From NCBI GenBank assembly GCA_963850305.1, contig CAWKKR010000005.1, positions 288,001-352,000 of the forward strand: DNA of 64,000 nt, written 5' to 3'. This DNA comes from an uncultured delta proteobacterium (GTDB taxonomy: Bacteria > Myxococcota_A > Polyangia > Polyangiales > Polyangiaceae). The notes beneath the pieces were generated by a model that was not told the origin of the DNA, searched no databases, and worked only from the letters and a program-made list of their open reading frames with translations. Below, piece after piece: positions 22,249 to 32,758 of the stretch. Both the position numbers and the translations under genes were made by a program. The first letter of the stretch is position 1, and each line of letters opens with the position of its first letter.

Positions 22249-22319
22249 GACAAGGAGGCTACTCGATGCCGGACCTTGCGCAGCGGAGCCCTCCGGGGGT
22301 AATCGGAAGGGCTGAACCG

Positions 22320-23369
22320 ATGTTCTCTCCGCTCGTGCGCGCCTCCTTGGCTTTCTTCGTCGCAGCGACCCAGATTTTCGGGACGTTGCCGGCCTGCGCC
22401 GCGCCACTCACCGAAGCGGAGCACGTCCAGGGAATCGAGTGGCGGTTCCGCGCGGGCAGCACCCTTCATGCGCCGCCCGCCCTGGCATCGGACGGGACTA
22501 GCTACGTTGGCACCGGGGATGGCTCCGTCGAAGCAATCAGCCCGCTCGGCGTGCTCGAGTGGAGCTACATGGTGGAAGGGTCCATCTGGTGGGCACCCGT
22601 GCTCGACGCCGCGGGTCGCCTCTACGTCGCCACGGGTGCTCAGCGGCTCTACGCGTTCGGACCCACGGGCGTCATGGCCTGGCAAATTCGAACGCCGGCT
22701 CTCGTCGCGACGGATCCGGTCGTTTCACGGCGGTGGGGGCTCCTCTTCGGCGGCGCCGACACCAGCGTTTGGGCCTACTCGCTGCGCGCGAACGCCCTCT
22801 TTCATGTGCCGCTCGGCTCCCCGATCGTGGACGGGCCCGTTACGCGCGACGGTCGCATCGTCGTCGCGACGATGTCAGGCGCCACCTGGCTCCTCGACGG
22901 TGCGGTCAGAGTCGCCATCGTGCGCCTCGGAGCGCGCGTCCAAAGCATCGTCGGAGTCCTCCAGGACGATTCCGTCTCGGTGATCGCCGGTAACGCGCTC
23001 GTCCATATCGATTCCCGAGGACACGTCGCGTGGCGTCGGGACGATGTCGAGTGGGCCGCGTCTGAACGCGGTCGTTCGGTCGCCATCGATTCGAGAGGTT
23101 GGTTGGTGCGCCTCAGGGACGACGGGACGGAGACGGCGGGTACGTCCCTCGGTGCACGGGCAAGCGACGCGCCGAGTATCGCTCCCGGCGGCACCGTGTT
23201 CGTCCCGACCGACTCGGGGGAGCTCGCGATCGTGGACCCGCAAGGCAACGTTCGCCGCGTCTCGATCGCTCATGCTCCGCTGAAACGCCCCGTCGTTGAC
23301 GTCACCGGCCATCGTGTTCTCGTAGCGGCGGGGAACGGCACGCTCGTCGCACTCAGGTTCAGTGAATGA
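22320..23369 (+). CDS. PQQ-like beta-propeller repeat protein
   Basis: Repeated P..DG..YVG and G...W blades; signal peptide. Confidence 0.8.
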   Translation: MFSPLVRASLAFFVAATQIFGTLPACAAPLTEAEHVQGIEWRFRAGSTLHAPPALASDGTSYVGTGDGSVEAISPLGVLEWSYMVEGSIWWAPVLDAAGRLYVATGAQRLYAFGPTGVMAWQIRTPALVATDPVVSRRWGLLFGGADTSVWAYSLRANALFHVPLGSPIVDGPVTRDGRIVVATMSGATWLLDGAVRVAIVRLGARVQSIVGVLQDDSVSVIAGNALVHIDSRGHVAWRRDDVEWAASERGRSVAIDSRGWLVRLRDDGTETAGTSLGARASDAPSIAPGGTVFVPTDSGELAIVDPQGNVRRVSIAHAPLKRPVVDVTGHRVLVAAGNGTLVALRFSE

Positions 23370-24598
23370 CCGTGGACCTCAAGCGGAAGCTCGAACGCCT
23401 CGCGTCGCCCGCAGCCACGCCGACGGAGCGCGGTGACCCGATTGCCGATCTGCGCCGCCGGATGGCAGAAATCCTGGTTCGCGAGCGGCCCGAGAAGAAG
23501 CGCACCCTCCCCGAGCGCGACTTCGCGGAGCTCCCGTTCGCCCGCGTGGAGGAGAAAGACGGACCCATTTTTCGGCGGTTCGAACGCTACGGGCGAGCGC
23601 ACGCCGTTGGGCGGATCTCGGTCGATGCGGCATCCACGGCGTGCGCGGAAGTGTTATCGCTCGTGGCGCTGGATCCGTTCCTCGCCGAAGCGGATCCAGC
23701 GCGCGCTCTCTACCTCGACACGGAAACGACGGGCCTTGGCGGCTCCGGCACCGTCGCGTTCCTCGTGGGGCTCGGCGCATTCGACGGCGGCAACTTCGTC
23801 CTCGAACAGCTCCTTCTGCGCACGCCGGACGAAGAGGCCCCGCTATTGGGGCGAGTCGCCGCGCGACTCGCGAGTGCGTCGATGGTCGTCACGTTCAACG
23901 GCAAGGCGTTCGACGTTCCCATGCTCGAGAGCCGCTTCGTGATGAATCGACTGCAGGTGCCGCCGAGATTGCCGCACCTGGATCTGCTGCACGTCGCGCG
24001 CCGGGTGCACCGCAGGCGCCTCCGCTCTTGCACGCTGAAGTCGATTGAAGCCGGGGTCCTCGGCTTCGTGCGAGACGCGGATATCGATGGCGCGGACGTT
24101 GCCCCGCGCTACGGACATTTTCTTCGGACGGGGGACGAAAGCGCGCTCGTCACGGTCGTGGATCACAACGCATGGGACGTCGCATCGATGGCCGCGCTCG
24201 TCGGCTTGTATGGCGAGCCGCTCGAATCGCTCCACGGCGACGACCTCGTGGGGCTCGCGCAAGCCTACCGCAGAGCGCGCGCCTTCGATCGCGCCGACGC
24301 TGCCATCGAGGTCGCGATCGTCCGCGGTGCGGGACACGAAGCGCTGCGCGTCCGGGGCGACGTCGCAAAGGCGAGGGGCGACCGCGCCCGCGCGCTTCGT
24401 GACTTCGAAGCGTTCGCGGCCGTGGTGGACGATCCCGTCGCACGTCTCGAGCTCGCAAAGCTCTACGAGCATTTCGTCAAGGAACCCGCGCGGGCACTGG
24501 AACTCGTCGAGCGAGGCACTGGCGAACGTCCGGACGTCGCGACACGCCGGCGCTCCCGTCTGAAACGCAAGATTGGCGCCGGCGACGGGCGCTCGTGA
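23366..24598 (+). CDS. RNase H-like exonuclease with C-terminal TPR (MrfB/YprB-like)
   Basis: YLDTETTGL, TFNGKAFD, HLDLLH, HNAWD; C-terminal ELAKLYEH. Confidence 0.88.
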   Translation: MTVDLKRKLERLASPAATPTERGDPIADLRRRMAEILVRERPEKKRTLPERDFAELPFARVEEKDGPIFRRFERYGRAHAVGRISVDAASTACAEVLSLVALDPFLAEADPARALYLDTETTGLGGSGTVAFLVGLGAFDGGNFVLEQLLLRTPDEEAPLLGRVAARLASASMVVTFNGKAFDVPMLESRFVMNRLQVPPRLPHLDLLHVARRVHRRRLRSCTLKSIEAGVLGFVRDADIDGADVAPRYGHFLRTGDESALVTVVDHNAWDVASMAALVGLYGEPLESLHGDDLVGLAQAYRRARAFDRADAAIEVAIVRGAGHEALRVRGDVAKARGDRARALRDFEAFAAVVDDPVARLELAKLYEHFVKEPARALELVERGTGERPDVATRRRSRLKRKIGAGDGRS

Positions 24599-24653
24599 GT
24601 CGATCGTGCCGGCTCGATTGATGATTGGGCAACAGGAATGCTAAACGGCCCGA

Positions 24654-27296
24654 ATGCCCTACGACCACCGGGTCATCGAGCGCACTTGGCAGGACTACTG
24701 GGAGAAGCACGACACGTTTCGAACCGTGCGGCGCCCTGGGCGGCCCAAGTACTACGTGCTCGACATGTTTCCCTACCCGTCCGGAGCCGGGCTCCATGTC
24801 GGACATCCCGTCGGGTACATCGCGACGGACATCATGGCCCGCTACAAGCGGATGCGCGGCTACGACGTGCTGCACCCGATGGGCTGGGACGCATTCGGTT
24901 TGCCCGCCGAACAGCACGCGATCAACACGGGTACTCATCCGGCGGTCACGACGGCGGAGAACATCCGTACGTTCCGGCGTCAGCTCAGGATGCTCGGCTT
25001 CTCGTACGACTGGTCGCGCGAGGTGAATACGACCGACCCCGGATACGTGAGATGGACGCAGTGGATCTTTCTCGAGCTCTTTTCGCGGGGGCTCGCCTCC
25101 CAGGCTGAAATTCCGGTGAACTGGTGTCCGGCGCTCGGCACCGTGCTCGCGAACGAGGAGGTCATCGACGGTCGGAGCGAGCGCGGTAACCACCCGGTTG
25201 TCCGTCAGCCGCTCCGGCAATGGCAGCTCAAGATCACGGCATATGCCGATCGGCTCGCGAACGATCTCGCACCTCTCGATTGGCCCGAGACGCGGCAGAA
25301 GCAACTCGACTGGATCGGACGCAGCGAGGGGGCGGAGGTCGCGTTCGAACTCGTCGGGCGAACGGACGAACTCGTGGTTTACACGACGCGCCCGGATACG
25401 CTCTTCGGCGCGACGTACATGGTGATCGCTCCCGATCATCGTCTCACTCTCGAACTCGCGTCTCCGGATCGGCGTGCGGAGGTGATGGCCTACGCCGGCG
25501 CCGCGTCGCGCAAGAGCGACATGGAACGAACCGCGCTGAACAAGGAGAAAACGGGCGTCTTCACGGGAGCGTTCGCGAAGAATCCGCTCACGGGAAAGGA
25601 GATTCCGATTTACACGGCCGACTACGTCCTCGGCGCGTACGGCACCGGCGCCATCATGGCCGTGCCGGCGCACGACGAGCGCGACTTCGAATTTGCTCGC
25701 GCTTTCGGATTACCGATCGTCGAGGTCATCAGTCCTGACGGGCAGCTCCATGACGAGTTGAAGAGCGCGTTCACGGGGGAGGGGATTGGCGTGCGTTCCG
25801 GCGCGTTCGACGGTCAACCGAGCGCTGAGATGAAGAAGAACATCACGGCCCACTTGGTGAAGACCGGCATCGGGCGCGCCAAGGTGAACTACAAGTTGAG
25901 AGACTGGGTATTCAGCCGTCAACGGTACTGGGGAGAGCCGATCCCGATCTATTTTCCCGTGGAGAGCGCGGGCGACCCACGAACAGGGTCCCCGCATACG
26001 ATCGACTATTCCCGTCCCATCGCGTGCGATCCGGCAGAACTCCCGTTGCTCCTGCCGGAACTCGACGACTACTTGCCCGGAGATCCACAGGGTCCGCTTG
26101 CCCGTGCGCTCGATTGGCGTTTCTTCCGGCGCGACGGCCATTGGTTCGCGCGCGAAACGAACACGATGCCTCAGTGGGCCGGTTCGTGCTGGTATTACCT
26201 GCGGTATCTGGACCCCCACAACGCGACGAGGATCTTCGACGACCGCGCCTACGACGATTGGATGCCCGTCGATCTCTACGTGGGGGGAGCCGAGCACGCC
26301 GTCTTGCACCTCTTGTACGCGCGCTTCTGGCACAAAGTGCTCTTCGACATCGGCATCGTGAAGGACCCGGAACCTTTCACGAAGCTGGTTCACCAGGGCA
26401 TGATGCTCGGGCAATCGTTCCGGTACTACAAGCTCGTCACGGGGGGCCCCCTGGACCCGCTGATTGATGGGGATGATCCGGACGTCGAATACGATCGCGA
26501 GAGCGGCAAATATCATTTCGTCAGGACAGGCGAGCCCGTGGAGGCCGTATGGGTCGGTTCGGGGGAAGTCTGCTGGGACGGTGCGACGCCATATTACGGC
26601 GCCGTGAAACTCGTCGCGGTTTCCGAGAAGATGAGCAAATCTCGAGGAAACGTGGTCAATCCGGATCAGGTCGTCGACGAATTCGGCGCGGATGGTTTAC
26701 GGGTCTACGAGATGTTCATGGGACCGCTCGAGCAGGTGAAGCCCTGGCAGACCAGCGGCATCCAGGGTGTACGGCGCTTTCTGGACCGTGTTCACGCGGT
26801 GGCGAGCGGTCCCGTCACCGAAACGATGGGAGCCGAGACCGCGAAGTTGGTCCATAAGACCGTCAAGAAGGTGACCGAAGACATCGAGGCGCTCCGCTAC
26901 AACACGGCGATCAGCGCGATGATGATCTTGACGAATCACCTGCACGGGCTCGACGCCGTTCCGCGCGAGGCGGCCGAGAAGCTCGTTCTTTGCCTGAGCC
27001 CGTTTGCACCCCACCTCAGCGAAGAGCTTTGGCACCATCAGGGTCGATTCGGAGGCGTGAGTTACGTGGCTTGGCCGACCTTCGACGCGGCCCTTTGCGT
27101 CGATGACGTCGTGGAACTGCCCGTCCAGGTGAACGGGAAGGTGCGCGGCAAGGTGACGCTGCCGCGAGACGCGACGGAGGACGTCGTGCGCCTGGCCGCG
27201 CTAGCGGATGAGAACGTGCAGAAGCACATCGCGGGCAAGGAGCTGCGGAAAGTCGTCTACGTTCCTGGTCGGATCGTGAACGTCATCGTAGGCTGA
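24654..27296 (+). CDS. leuS: Leucine--tRNA ligase
   Basis: MFPYPSGAGLHVGH, TTRPDT, GTGAIMAVPAHD, KMSKS, VQVNGKVR. Confidence 0.98.
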   Translation: MPYDHRVIERTWQDYWEKHDTFRTVRRPGRPKYYVLDMFPYPSGAGLHVGHPVGYIATDIMARYKRMRGYDVLHPMGWDAFGLPAEQHAINTGTHPAVTTAENIRTFRRQLRMLGFSYDWSREVNTTDPGYVRWTQWIFLELFSRGLASQAEIPVNWCPALGTVLANEEVIDGRSERGNHPVVRQPLRQWQLKITAYADRLANDLAPLDWPETRQKQLDWIGRSEGAEVAFELVGRTDELVVYTTRPDTLFGATYMVIAPDHRLTLELASPDRRAEVMAYAGAASRKSDMERTALNKEKTGVFTGAFAKNPLTGKEIPIYTADYVLGAYGTGAIMAVPAHDERDFEFARAFGLPIVEVISPDGQLHDELKSAFTGEGIGVRSGAFDGQPSAEMKKNITAHLVKTGIGRAKVNYKLRDWVFSRQRYWGEPIPIYFPVESAGDPRTGSPHTIDYSRPIACDPAELPLLLPELDDYLPGDPQGPLARALDWRFFRRDGHWFARETNTMPQWAGSCWYYLRYLDPHNATRIFDDRAYDDWMPVDLYVGGAEHAVLHLLYARFWHKVLFDIGIVKDPEPFTKLVHQGMMLGQSFRYYKLVTGGPLDPLIDGDDPDVEYDRESGKYHFVRTGEPVEAVWVGSGEVCWDGATPYYGAVKLVAVSEKMSKSRGNVVNPDQVVDEFGADGLRVYEMFMGPLEQVKPWQTSGIQGVRRFLDRVHAVASGPVTETMGAETAKLVHKTVKKVTEDIEALRYNTAISAMMILTNHLHGLDAVPREAAEKLVLCLSPFAPHLSEELWHHQGRFGGVSYVAWPTFDAALCVDDVVELPVQVNGKVRGKVTLPRDATEDVVRLAALADENVQKHIAGKELRKVVYVPGRIVNVIVG

Positions 27297-27313
27297 ACGG
27301 GCTCGCACGGAAC

Positions 27314-27862
27314 GTGCGCGGAGCTGTGGGAATTCTGTTGTTTCCCGTGAAACTTGGCCTTTTCCTGATCCCTTGCGTCGTCTGCGGCGCCGCTGGGTGC
27401 GGCTACCATTCGCCTGTGCCGCCGGAAGACGAAAGGTTGAGCGTTGCGTTGGCGCCGCTGCGAACCCCAGACCTGGCGGCAGAACAGGAACTTCTCGCGG
27501 GTGCACGGGCGGAGCTGGGTCGGGAGGGCGCCCTGGCGGACGGGAGCGGATATGCGAGGCTAGTGGTGGAACTCGTCCGAGTCGACGAAGTCGCGGCGGG
27601 CATTCAAGCGAGCCCAGCCCCTTTGGCGAGGGGATCTGCCGTCGGGGTCACGGCGCGCGGCTGGATCGTTCGCGGTCCGGGTGCCCCGCCAGAAAGGGAA
27701 ACGGGGGACGTGCGTCGGGTCGAGACCGTCGCCCAGGGTGCGGATCCACGGAGCGGCAGCTACGCTTTCGACGAGGCCGCGCGCGCGGCAGCCAACCGTG
27801 TCGGGAGAGCACTCGTGCTTCGCATCTTCGGGATCGCCGAGCCGGGCGTTGAGCCGATGTGA
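27314..27862 (+). CDS. lptE: LptE-like LPS-assembly lipoprotein
   Basis: GCGY lipobox, size, C-terminal helix and canonical position after leuS; start uncertain. Confidence 0.55.
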   Translation: MRGAVGILLFPVKLGLFLIPCVVCGAAGCGYHSPVPPEDERLSVALAPLRTPDLAAEQELLAGARAELGREGALADGSGYARLVVELVRVDEVAAGIQASPAPLARGSAVGVTARGWIVRGPGAPPERETGDVRRVETVAQGADPRSGSYAFDEAARAAANRVGRALVLRIFGIAEPGVEPM

Positions 27863-27896
27863 AGCGCGGCGCTGCATGTGTTACGGTCCTGCGGCC

Positions 27897-28547
27897 ATGA
27901 TTACGGTAGGGTGCGCAGGTTTCGCGGTACCCGCCACGCGGTACTTCAAGGAATACGGGTTCGTCGAGATCCAGGAAACGCACCGATCTGCACCGGGACC
28001 GGGCACGATCCGCCGATGGCGCCGGGAAGCTCCGGACGATTTCAACTTTGCCGTGCTAGGCCCGCGCGAGGTCGCGCAAGAGGGATTCCGTCCCGGCAAG
28101 GTTATTGAAACCGCGCTCCTTGGTCTGCTCGAGGTCGCCGCCGAACTCGACGCGAAGACTGCCGTCTTCGTCGCCGCGCCCGATTTTGCGCCCACGCGGC
28201 CGAACAAGGCGGCGCTGAAAGACTTCCTGCAGATGGCCCGGCCGAAGTTCGACCTGGTCGTCTTCGAGCCTGGATTCGATTGGGATGCCGACGTCGCGGA
28301 TGCGCTGGCGGACGAGACCGGAACACTGGCAGCGCGGGACCCGTTACGACATGGCGCGTCAGCGCGTCCAATCGCGTATTATCGTCTCCCGGGTCCTGCC
28401 GGCCACAAATCTCGGTACGAGGACCCAGCGATCGAGAGACTCGCCGCGATCGCCCTGGAAGCCAGGAACGAGTCCGCCCACTACGTGTTCGCGAACGTCG
28501 ACATGTTCGCGGACGCAAAGCGCTTCAAAAAAGCCTACGGGATGTGA
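27897..28547 (+). CDS. DUF72 family protein
   Basis: VGCAGF, VEIQET, IRRWR, YYRLPG..YED, YVFAN. Confidence 0.8.
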   Translation: MITVGCAGFAVPATRYFKEYGFVEIQETHRSAPGPGTIRRWRREAPDDFNFAVLGPREVAQEGFRPGKVIETALLGLLEVAAELDAKTAVFVAAPDFAPTRPNKAALKDFLQMARPKFDLVVFEPGFDWDADVADALADETGTLAARDPLRHGASARPIAYYRLPGPAGHKSRYEDPAIERLAAIALEARNESAHYVFANVDMFADAKRFKKAYGM

Positions 28548-28632
28548 GCTGGCCCGATGCCACAAAGACGAATCCCGGCGTCTCCGCCGGGATTCGGGCC
28601 AACGATCACGCGGCTCGACGCCGCACGTCAGT

Positions 28633-29121
28633 TCAGTTTGACGGCAGCTCGAACCCCCAGCAATCATCCTGGCAGTTCGCGCCGGAGTCGCCGGAGCCGC
28701 GGGTACAGCTGAAAAGGTCGCTGGTCGTGCTATCGAGGACGCCGGACCCGTCGGCTGAGCAATTCGAGGCGCAATCGTCGAGGGTGCCGTGAACTCCCGC
28801 GTCGTTGCCGGCGAGGCACGCGGCAACACACGGAAATTCCTGGGTGCATGCCGTGCTGCAGAGGCAAGCGTGCCACTCGTCGCCGCAGGTGCTCGTGATG
28901 CACGTGTGACACTGGCTCGTGTCCGTGTCGGGAGCGCACTTCCCCGAGTCCATGCTCATGCCCGCTTCCATGCTCATCTGGCCGCCGGCGCTCATCATGG
29001 TGCCGGAGTCCGCTCCACCGGTGCCCCCGTCAGCCGTCCCTTTGGAGGTGCTGGATGAGCAAGCGGCAGCGGCCGATGCGGCCAAAAAAGCGCCCAAAAC
29101 ATAGAGTTTATGCAAAGCCAT
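28633..29121 (-). CDS. Cys-rich lipoprotein
   Basis: AAAC lipobox; C..C....C...C helical Cys pattern; GAGGAG RBS. Confidence 0.75.
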   Translation of the reverse strand: MALHKLYVLGAFLAASAAAACSSSTSKGTADGGTGGADSGTMMSAGGQMSMEAGMSMDSGKCAPDTDTSQCHTCITSTCGDEWHACLCSTACTQEFPCVAACLAGNDAGVHGTLDDCASNCSADGSGVLDSTTSDLFSCTRGSGDSGANCQDDCWGFELPSN

Positions 29122-29294
29122 CTCTGTCTCCTCGGTCAAAAGCCGCCCGGCCGCTCGCCGAACAGGCAGAATTAAGTGTCACCGCGCTTTTGCCATACCG
29201 CCGTCGAGGGGTCAACTTGCCCGACCCAAGTGGGCGCCCGATGCGGTCCGCTCAGTGAGACGGTGGCGGCTCACGAATATTCACATTGGCCCCG

Positions 29295-30911
29295 CTACGA
29301 TTTCGGACGGGCTCTTTTCCGCGATGCGAGCCCCATCGCCACGATCGCCGCCGTCGCGAGCCACCACGGGCCGTCTCCCCACACATTGTAAGGGGTCCTC
29401 CCCCGGAGCCAGGCTATCGGCGCGCGGATGGCCTCCTCGCGGCCCGTCTCGGTGTGTCGTACCACGCGACCGACGGGGTCGATGATGGCGCTCACGCCGC
29501 TGTTCGTCGCGCGGGCCAAAAATCGTCGCTGTTCGATCGCGCGAAATTCGGAGAGTGCCAGGTGGATCCACGGTTCGGTCGTGTCACCGAACCACGCGTC
29601 GTTCGTGATGTTGACGAGCAAGTCACCGGGATCGGCTCGCACCAGATCATTCACGAACGAGGGGAGTACGTCCTCGTAGCAGATGTGAACATTCAGCTTG
29701 TGAGCGCCCAGCTCGAGCGCCTTGAGCGAGGTCCCCCGCTCGAACTTACCCGTGTTCGGCGACCAATCGTAGAGCATCGGAAAGGTATCACCGAGGGGAA
29801 GATATTCGCCGAACGCGAGAAGATACGTTTTGTCGTAACGCCCGCGGATCTCGCCGTTGGCGTCGGCAAGCAACGCCGAGTTGAACAGCACGTACTTCCG
29901 TTGATCCTGCACTTCGCGGTAGAGCACCGCGCCGAAGACCGTCGGTACGTGGAGTGCACGCGTAAACTTCGCCGGGTAGATGAGCCCCGTGAGCGCCTCT
30001 GGCGTGGGTTCCATGACGGACGTCTCGCTCCAGGCGACCAGATCGAGCGGCCCCTGGGACTCGAGCTCGCGCGTGAGCTCGAGGTGTCGCCGGAGGCCCT
30101 CATCGGGGTCGTTCCTCTTTCCCATCAACGACATGTTCGCTTGAACGACGCCCACGACGGCCTTGGGCGCGCTGGCGACGCGCCGATCGACCTGGGGGAT
30201 CCGGATCGCGCCGTAGGCCGCGGAGGCGATGGGAACGGCGAGCAGCGCGCCGATGAGTCGCAGGTTCGCCGCGCGTTTCTCGAGCCGTGACAGGCCGAGT
30301 TCGGCAACCGCGAGGTTTGCCGCGACCAGCACCAGGCCCACGAGGATCGGATTTCCGAGCTCGGCGACCTGTGTCAGCGCCGGTACCTGGTGAACGGTCG
30401 CTCCGAAGTACCACGGAAACAGGAGCGGGAAGACGAGCTCGCTCGCGACGAACGCCAGGGCAAACGAGGTGCCGGCCGGCCACCCTCGCGTCGTCGCGCG
30501 TCCAGACAGGAAACCGAGCAACGCGATCCGACCACCCTGATAGCCACACAGAATCGCCACGAACAGCACGCAGACCGGCGCCGAGAAGCCGCTGAACGTC
30601 TCGAGCATGCCGACCAGGAAATAGAAGCCGCACATGGTCATCGTGAAGCCGGCGGCCCAGCCGAGACCCGCGGCGCGGCGCGTCCTCTGATGCCGCATGG
30701 CGACGATCAGCGGCGCCAACGCCACGAAGGACAACGGCCACCAATCGATGCCCGGGAATGCGAGGAAGTACAGAAAGCCCGAAAGAACGGCGAGGGCGTA
30801 CGCGATCGGGGCCCCGAGCGGCGCGGGTGCCGCACCGACCGAGGGGGCCGAGCTTTGGAGGGTGTCCGGCTTCGTTCGAGGGTCGTCCGAACTGTTGGGC
30901 ACGCCGTCCAT
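29295..30911 (-). CDS. lnt: Apolipoprotein N-acyltransferase
   Basis: VQAN, WSET, YDKTYLLAFGEYLP, ICYED, NDAWF, RATNSGVS. Confidence 0.95.
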   Translation of the reverse strand: MDGVPNSSDDPRTKPDTLQSSAPSVGAAPAPLGAPIAYALAVLSGFLYFLAFPGIDWWPLSFVALAPLIVAMRHQRTRRAAGLGWAAGFTMTMCGFYFLVGMLETFSGFSAPVCVLFVAILCGYQGGRIALLGFLSGRATTRGWPAGTSFALAFVASELVFPLLFPWYFGATVHQVPALTQVAELGNPILVGLVLVAANLAVAELGLSRLEKRAANLRLIGALLAVPIASAAYGAIRIPQVDRRVASAPKAVVGVVQANMSLMGKRNDPDEGLRRHLELTRELESQGPLDLVAWSETSVMEPTPEALTGLIYPAKFTRALHVPTVFGAVLYREVQDQRKYVLFNSALLADANGEIRGRYDKTYLLAFGEYLPLGDTFPMLYDWSPNTGKFERGTSLKALELGAHKLNVHICYEDVLPSFVNDLVRADPGDLLVNITNDAWFGDTTEPWIHLALSEFRAIEQRRFLARATNSGVSAIIDPVGRVVRHTETGREEAIRAPIAWLRGRTPYNVWGDGPWWLATAAIVAMGLASRKRARPKS

Positions 30912-30925
30912 GTGAAATGCGTCAG

Positions 30926-31438
30926 CTACTCGGTACGTTTGATGACGTGAAAGCCGAACGGCGTCTCGACCAGGTCGCTCACCTGCCCGGGCCGCAGGGC
31001 GAAGGCAGCGTCCGCGAACGGCTTGACCATTTGCTGCCGTGTGAACTTCCCGAGTTCGCCGTGATTCATCTTGGCGGACGGATCGTCGGACATTTCGTCG
31101 GCGAGCTTGCCGAAGTCCTCGCCCTTCCGCGCTCGAGCGAGCACTTGCTCGGCTCTTGCCTTCGCGGCGTCCTTGGAGCGTTCGATGCCCGGGGAGGCGC
31201 GAAGAGCGCCCTTGTACGCGACGAGGATATGGGCCGCCGTCACCGTGTCGTTCGCGGGCGCTGCGGCGGTCGCGGCCGGTGCCGCAGTCGCTTCCGGGGC
31301 GGCCGAAGCAGCTGCCGGAGCTTCCGCGGGTTCCTCGCTCGGTACGACGCCTACCGGCGCCGGGGGTTCCGTCAAGTCAGCGCAGGCCGTGCTGCACACC
31401 AGGCACGCGAGTGAAAACGCTAGGCGACCCGTCGTCAT
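30926..31438 (-). CDS. Parvulin-type peptidyl-prolyl isomerase (lipoprotein)
   Basis: AAHILV, GELG, MVKPF, ETPFGFHVIK. Confidence 0.92.
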   Translation of the reverse strand: MTTGRLAFSLACLVCSTACADLTEPPAPVGVVPSEEPAEAPAAASAAPEATAAPAATAAAPANDTVTAAHILVAYKGALRASPGIERSKDAAKARAEQVLARARKGEDFGKLADEMSDDPSAKMNHGELGKFTRQQMVKPFADAAFALRPGQVSDLVETPFGFHVIKRTE

Positions 31439-31540
31439 CGGGGGCTACTCGTACGGCGCGGCCCACAGGCGTGGCAAGGTATTTCGCGCCGCGGCCTTGC
31501 CCCCTGGGCTAGACCCAAGGGATCATCGGCATCCCCCGGA

Positions 31541-32758
31541 ATGGCAACGATCCTGCACATAGAAGACGATCCGGCAAATCGTTTGCTCGTCCGGAAGCTA
31601 TTGACCGCCGCCGGCTACGACGTGGTGGATGCGGTCGACGGCGTCGACGGTATCCGGAAGGCATGTGACCTGAAACCGAGTCTCGTCCTGGTCGACATCG
31701 CGATTCCAGGGCTAGACGGATACGAGGTCACCCTTCGCCTTCGCGCGGAGCCATCGCTTCAGCACGTTCCCATCGTGGCCATCACGGCGGAGGGAAACCG
31801 GGACACGAGCCTGGCCGTCGGTTGCGACGGCTTCTTGCAGAAGCCCATTGCTGCGCGCACGTTCGCTGCGACGATCGAGGGCTATCTGAGCGGCCATCGG
31901 GAGCGGGCGGGAGCGAGGTCTACGGACGAACATTTGCGGGCCCAGAGCCAGCGCATAGTCGCCCATCTCGAGGAGAAGATCACGGAGCTTTCGGACGCGA
32001 ATCGTCGCCTGCGGGAGCTCGATCAGGCGCGACGCGAGTTCTACCGCAACCTTTCTCACGAACTTGCCACGCCCATGACCCCCATCGTCGGATACGTGCG
32101 GTTGCTCTCGGACGGCGAGCTCGGTTCGCTGACTCCGCCGCAGCTCAAGGCGGTTCGCGCCGTCGATGAATGCGCGCAACGTCTGCGAGGTCTCATCGAT
32201 AACCTGCTCGACGTCACGGCGCTCGAGACGGGGCGCATGCGCTTTCTGGTGCGGGAGTACGACTTCGCGGACACCGTTCGGAAGACGCTTCGTCGCTTTC
32301 AGAGCGCGTTCCTGGCGCGGAACCTGCGCCTCGCGCTCGAGGTCCCCGAGGCGCTCGCCGGTTTCGGCGACGCGGCGCGCCTCGGTCGGGCCGTGAGCGA
32401 GATGCTGGACAACGCCGGCAAGTTCACGCCGGAAGGAGGAGCGGTCGGGGTCCGCCTCCGCCGCCGCGCGTCGAACCAGTTCGAGCTGTGCATCGCGGAC
32501 AGCGGTCCGGGTGTGCCGAAATCCGCCGCGGACAGGCTCTTCGAGCCTTTCTACCAGGCCGACGGTTCTGTTACTCGCGCGTACGGCGGCGCCGGCGTGG
32601 GGCTCGCCATCGTCCGGGGCGTGGCCGACGGCCATGGAGGCGACGTACGGGTCGCGTCGCCGGCCGACGAGCAGATTGGCGGGGTTCGATTCACGGGAGC
32701 TGCATTTTATCTGGTGATAGCCGAGTCCGCCCCGGAGCCCATCGTTCCGGCTCAGTGA
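31541..32758 (+). CDS. Hybrid receiver-histidine kinase
   Basis: REC (IEDD, DIAIP, KP), H-box SHELATP, N-box DNAGKFT, DSGPG, GAGVGL. Confidence 0.93.
   Translation: MATILHIEDDPANRLLVRKLLTAAGYDVVDAVDGVDGIRKACDLKPSLVLVDIAIPGLDGYEVTLRLRAEPSLQHVPIVAITAEGNRDTSLAVGCDGFLQKPIAARTFAATIEGYLSGHRERAGARSTDEHLRAQSQRIVAHLEEKITELSDANRRLRELDQARREFYRNLSHELATPMTPIVGYVRLLSDGELGSLTPPQLKAVRAVDECAQRLRGLIDNLLDVTALETGRMRFLVREYDFADTVRKTLRRFQSAFLARNLRLALEVPEALAGFGDAARLGRAVSEMLDNAGKFTPEGGAVGVRLRRRASNQFELCIADSGPGVPKSAADRLFEPFYQADGSVTRAYGGAGVGLAIVRGVADGHGGDVRVASPADEQIGGVRFTGAAFYLVIAESAPEPIVPAQ

Noticed and set aside
26400..26630. Intein or mobile insertion in leuS before KMSKS
   Set aside because: Position matches the variable leucine-specific domain; no intein termini
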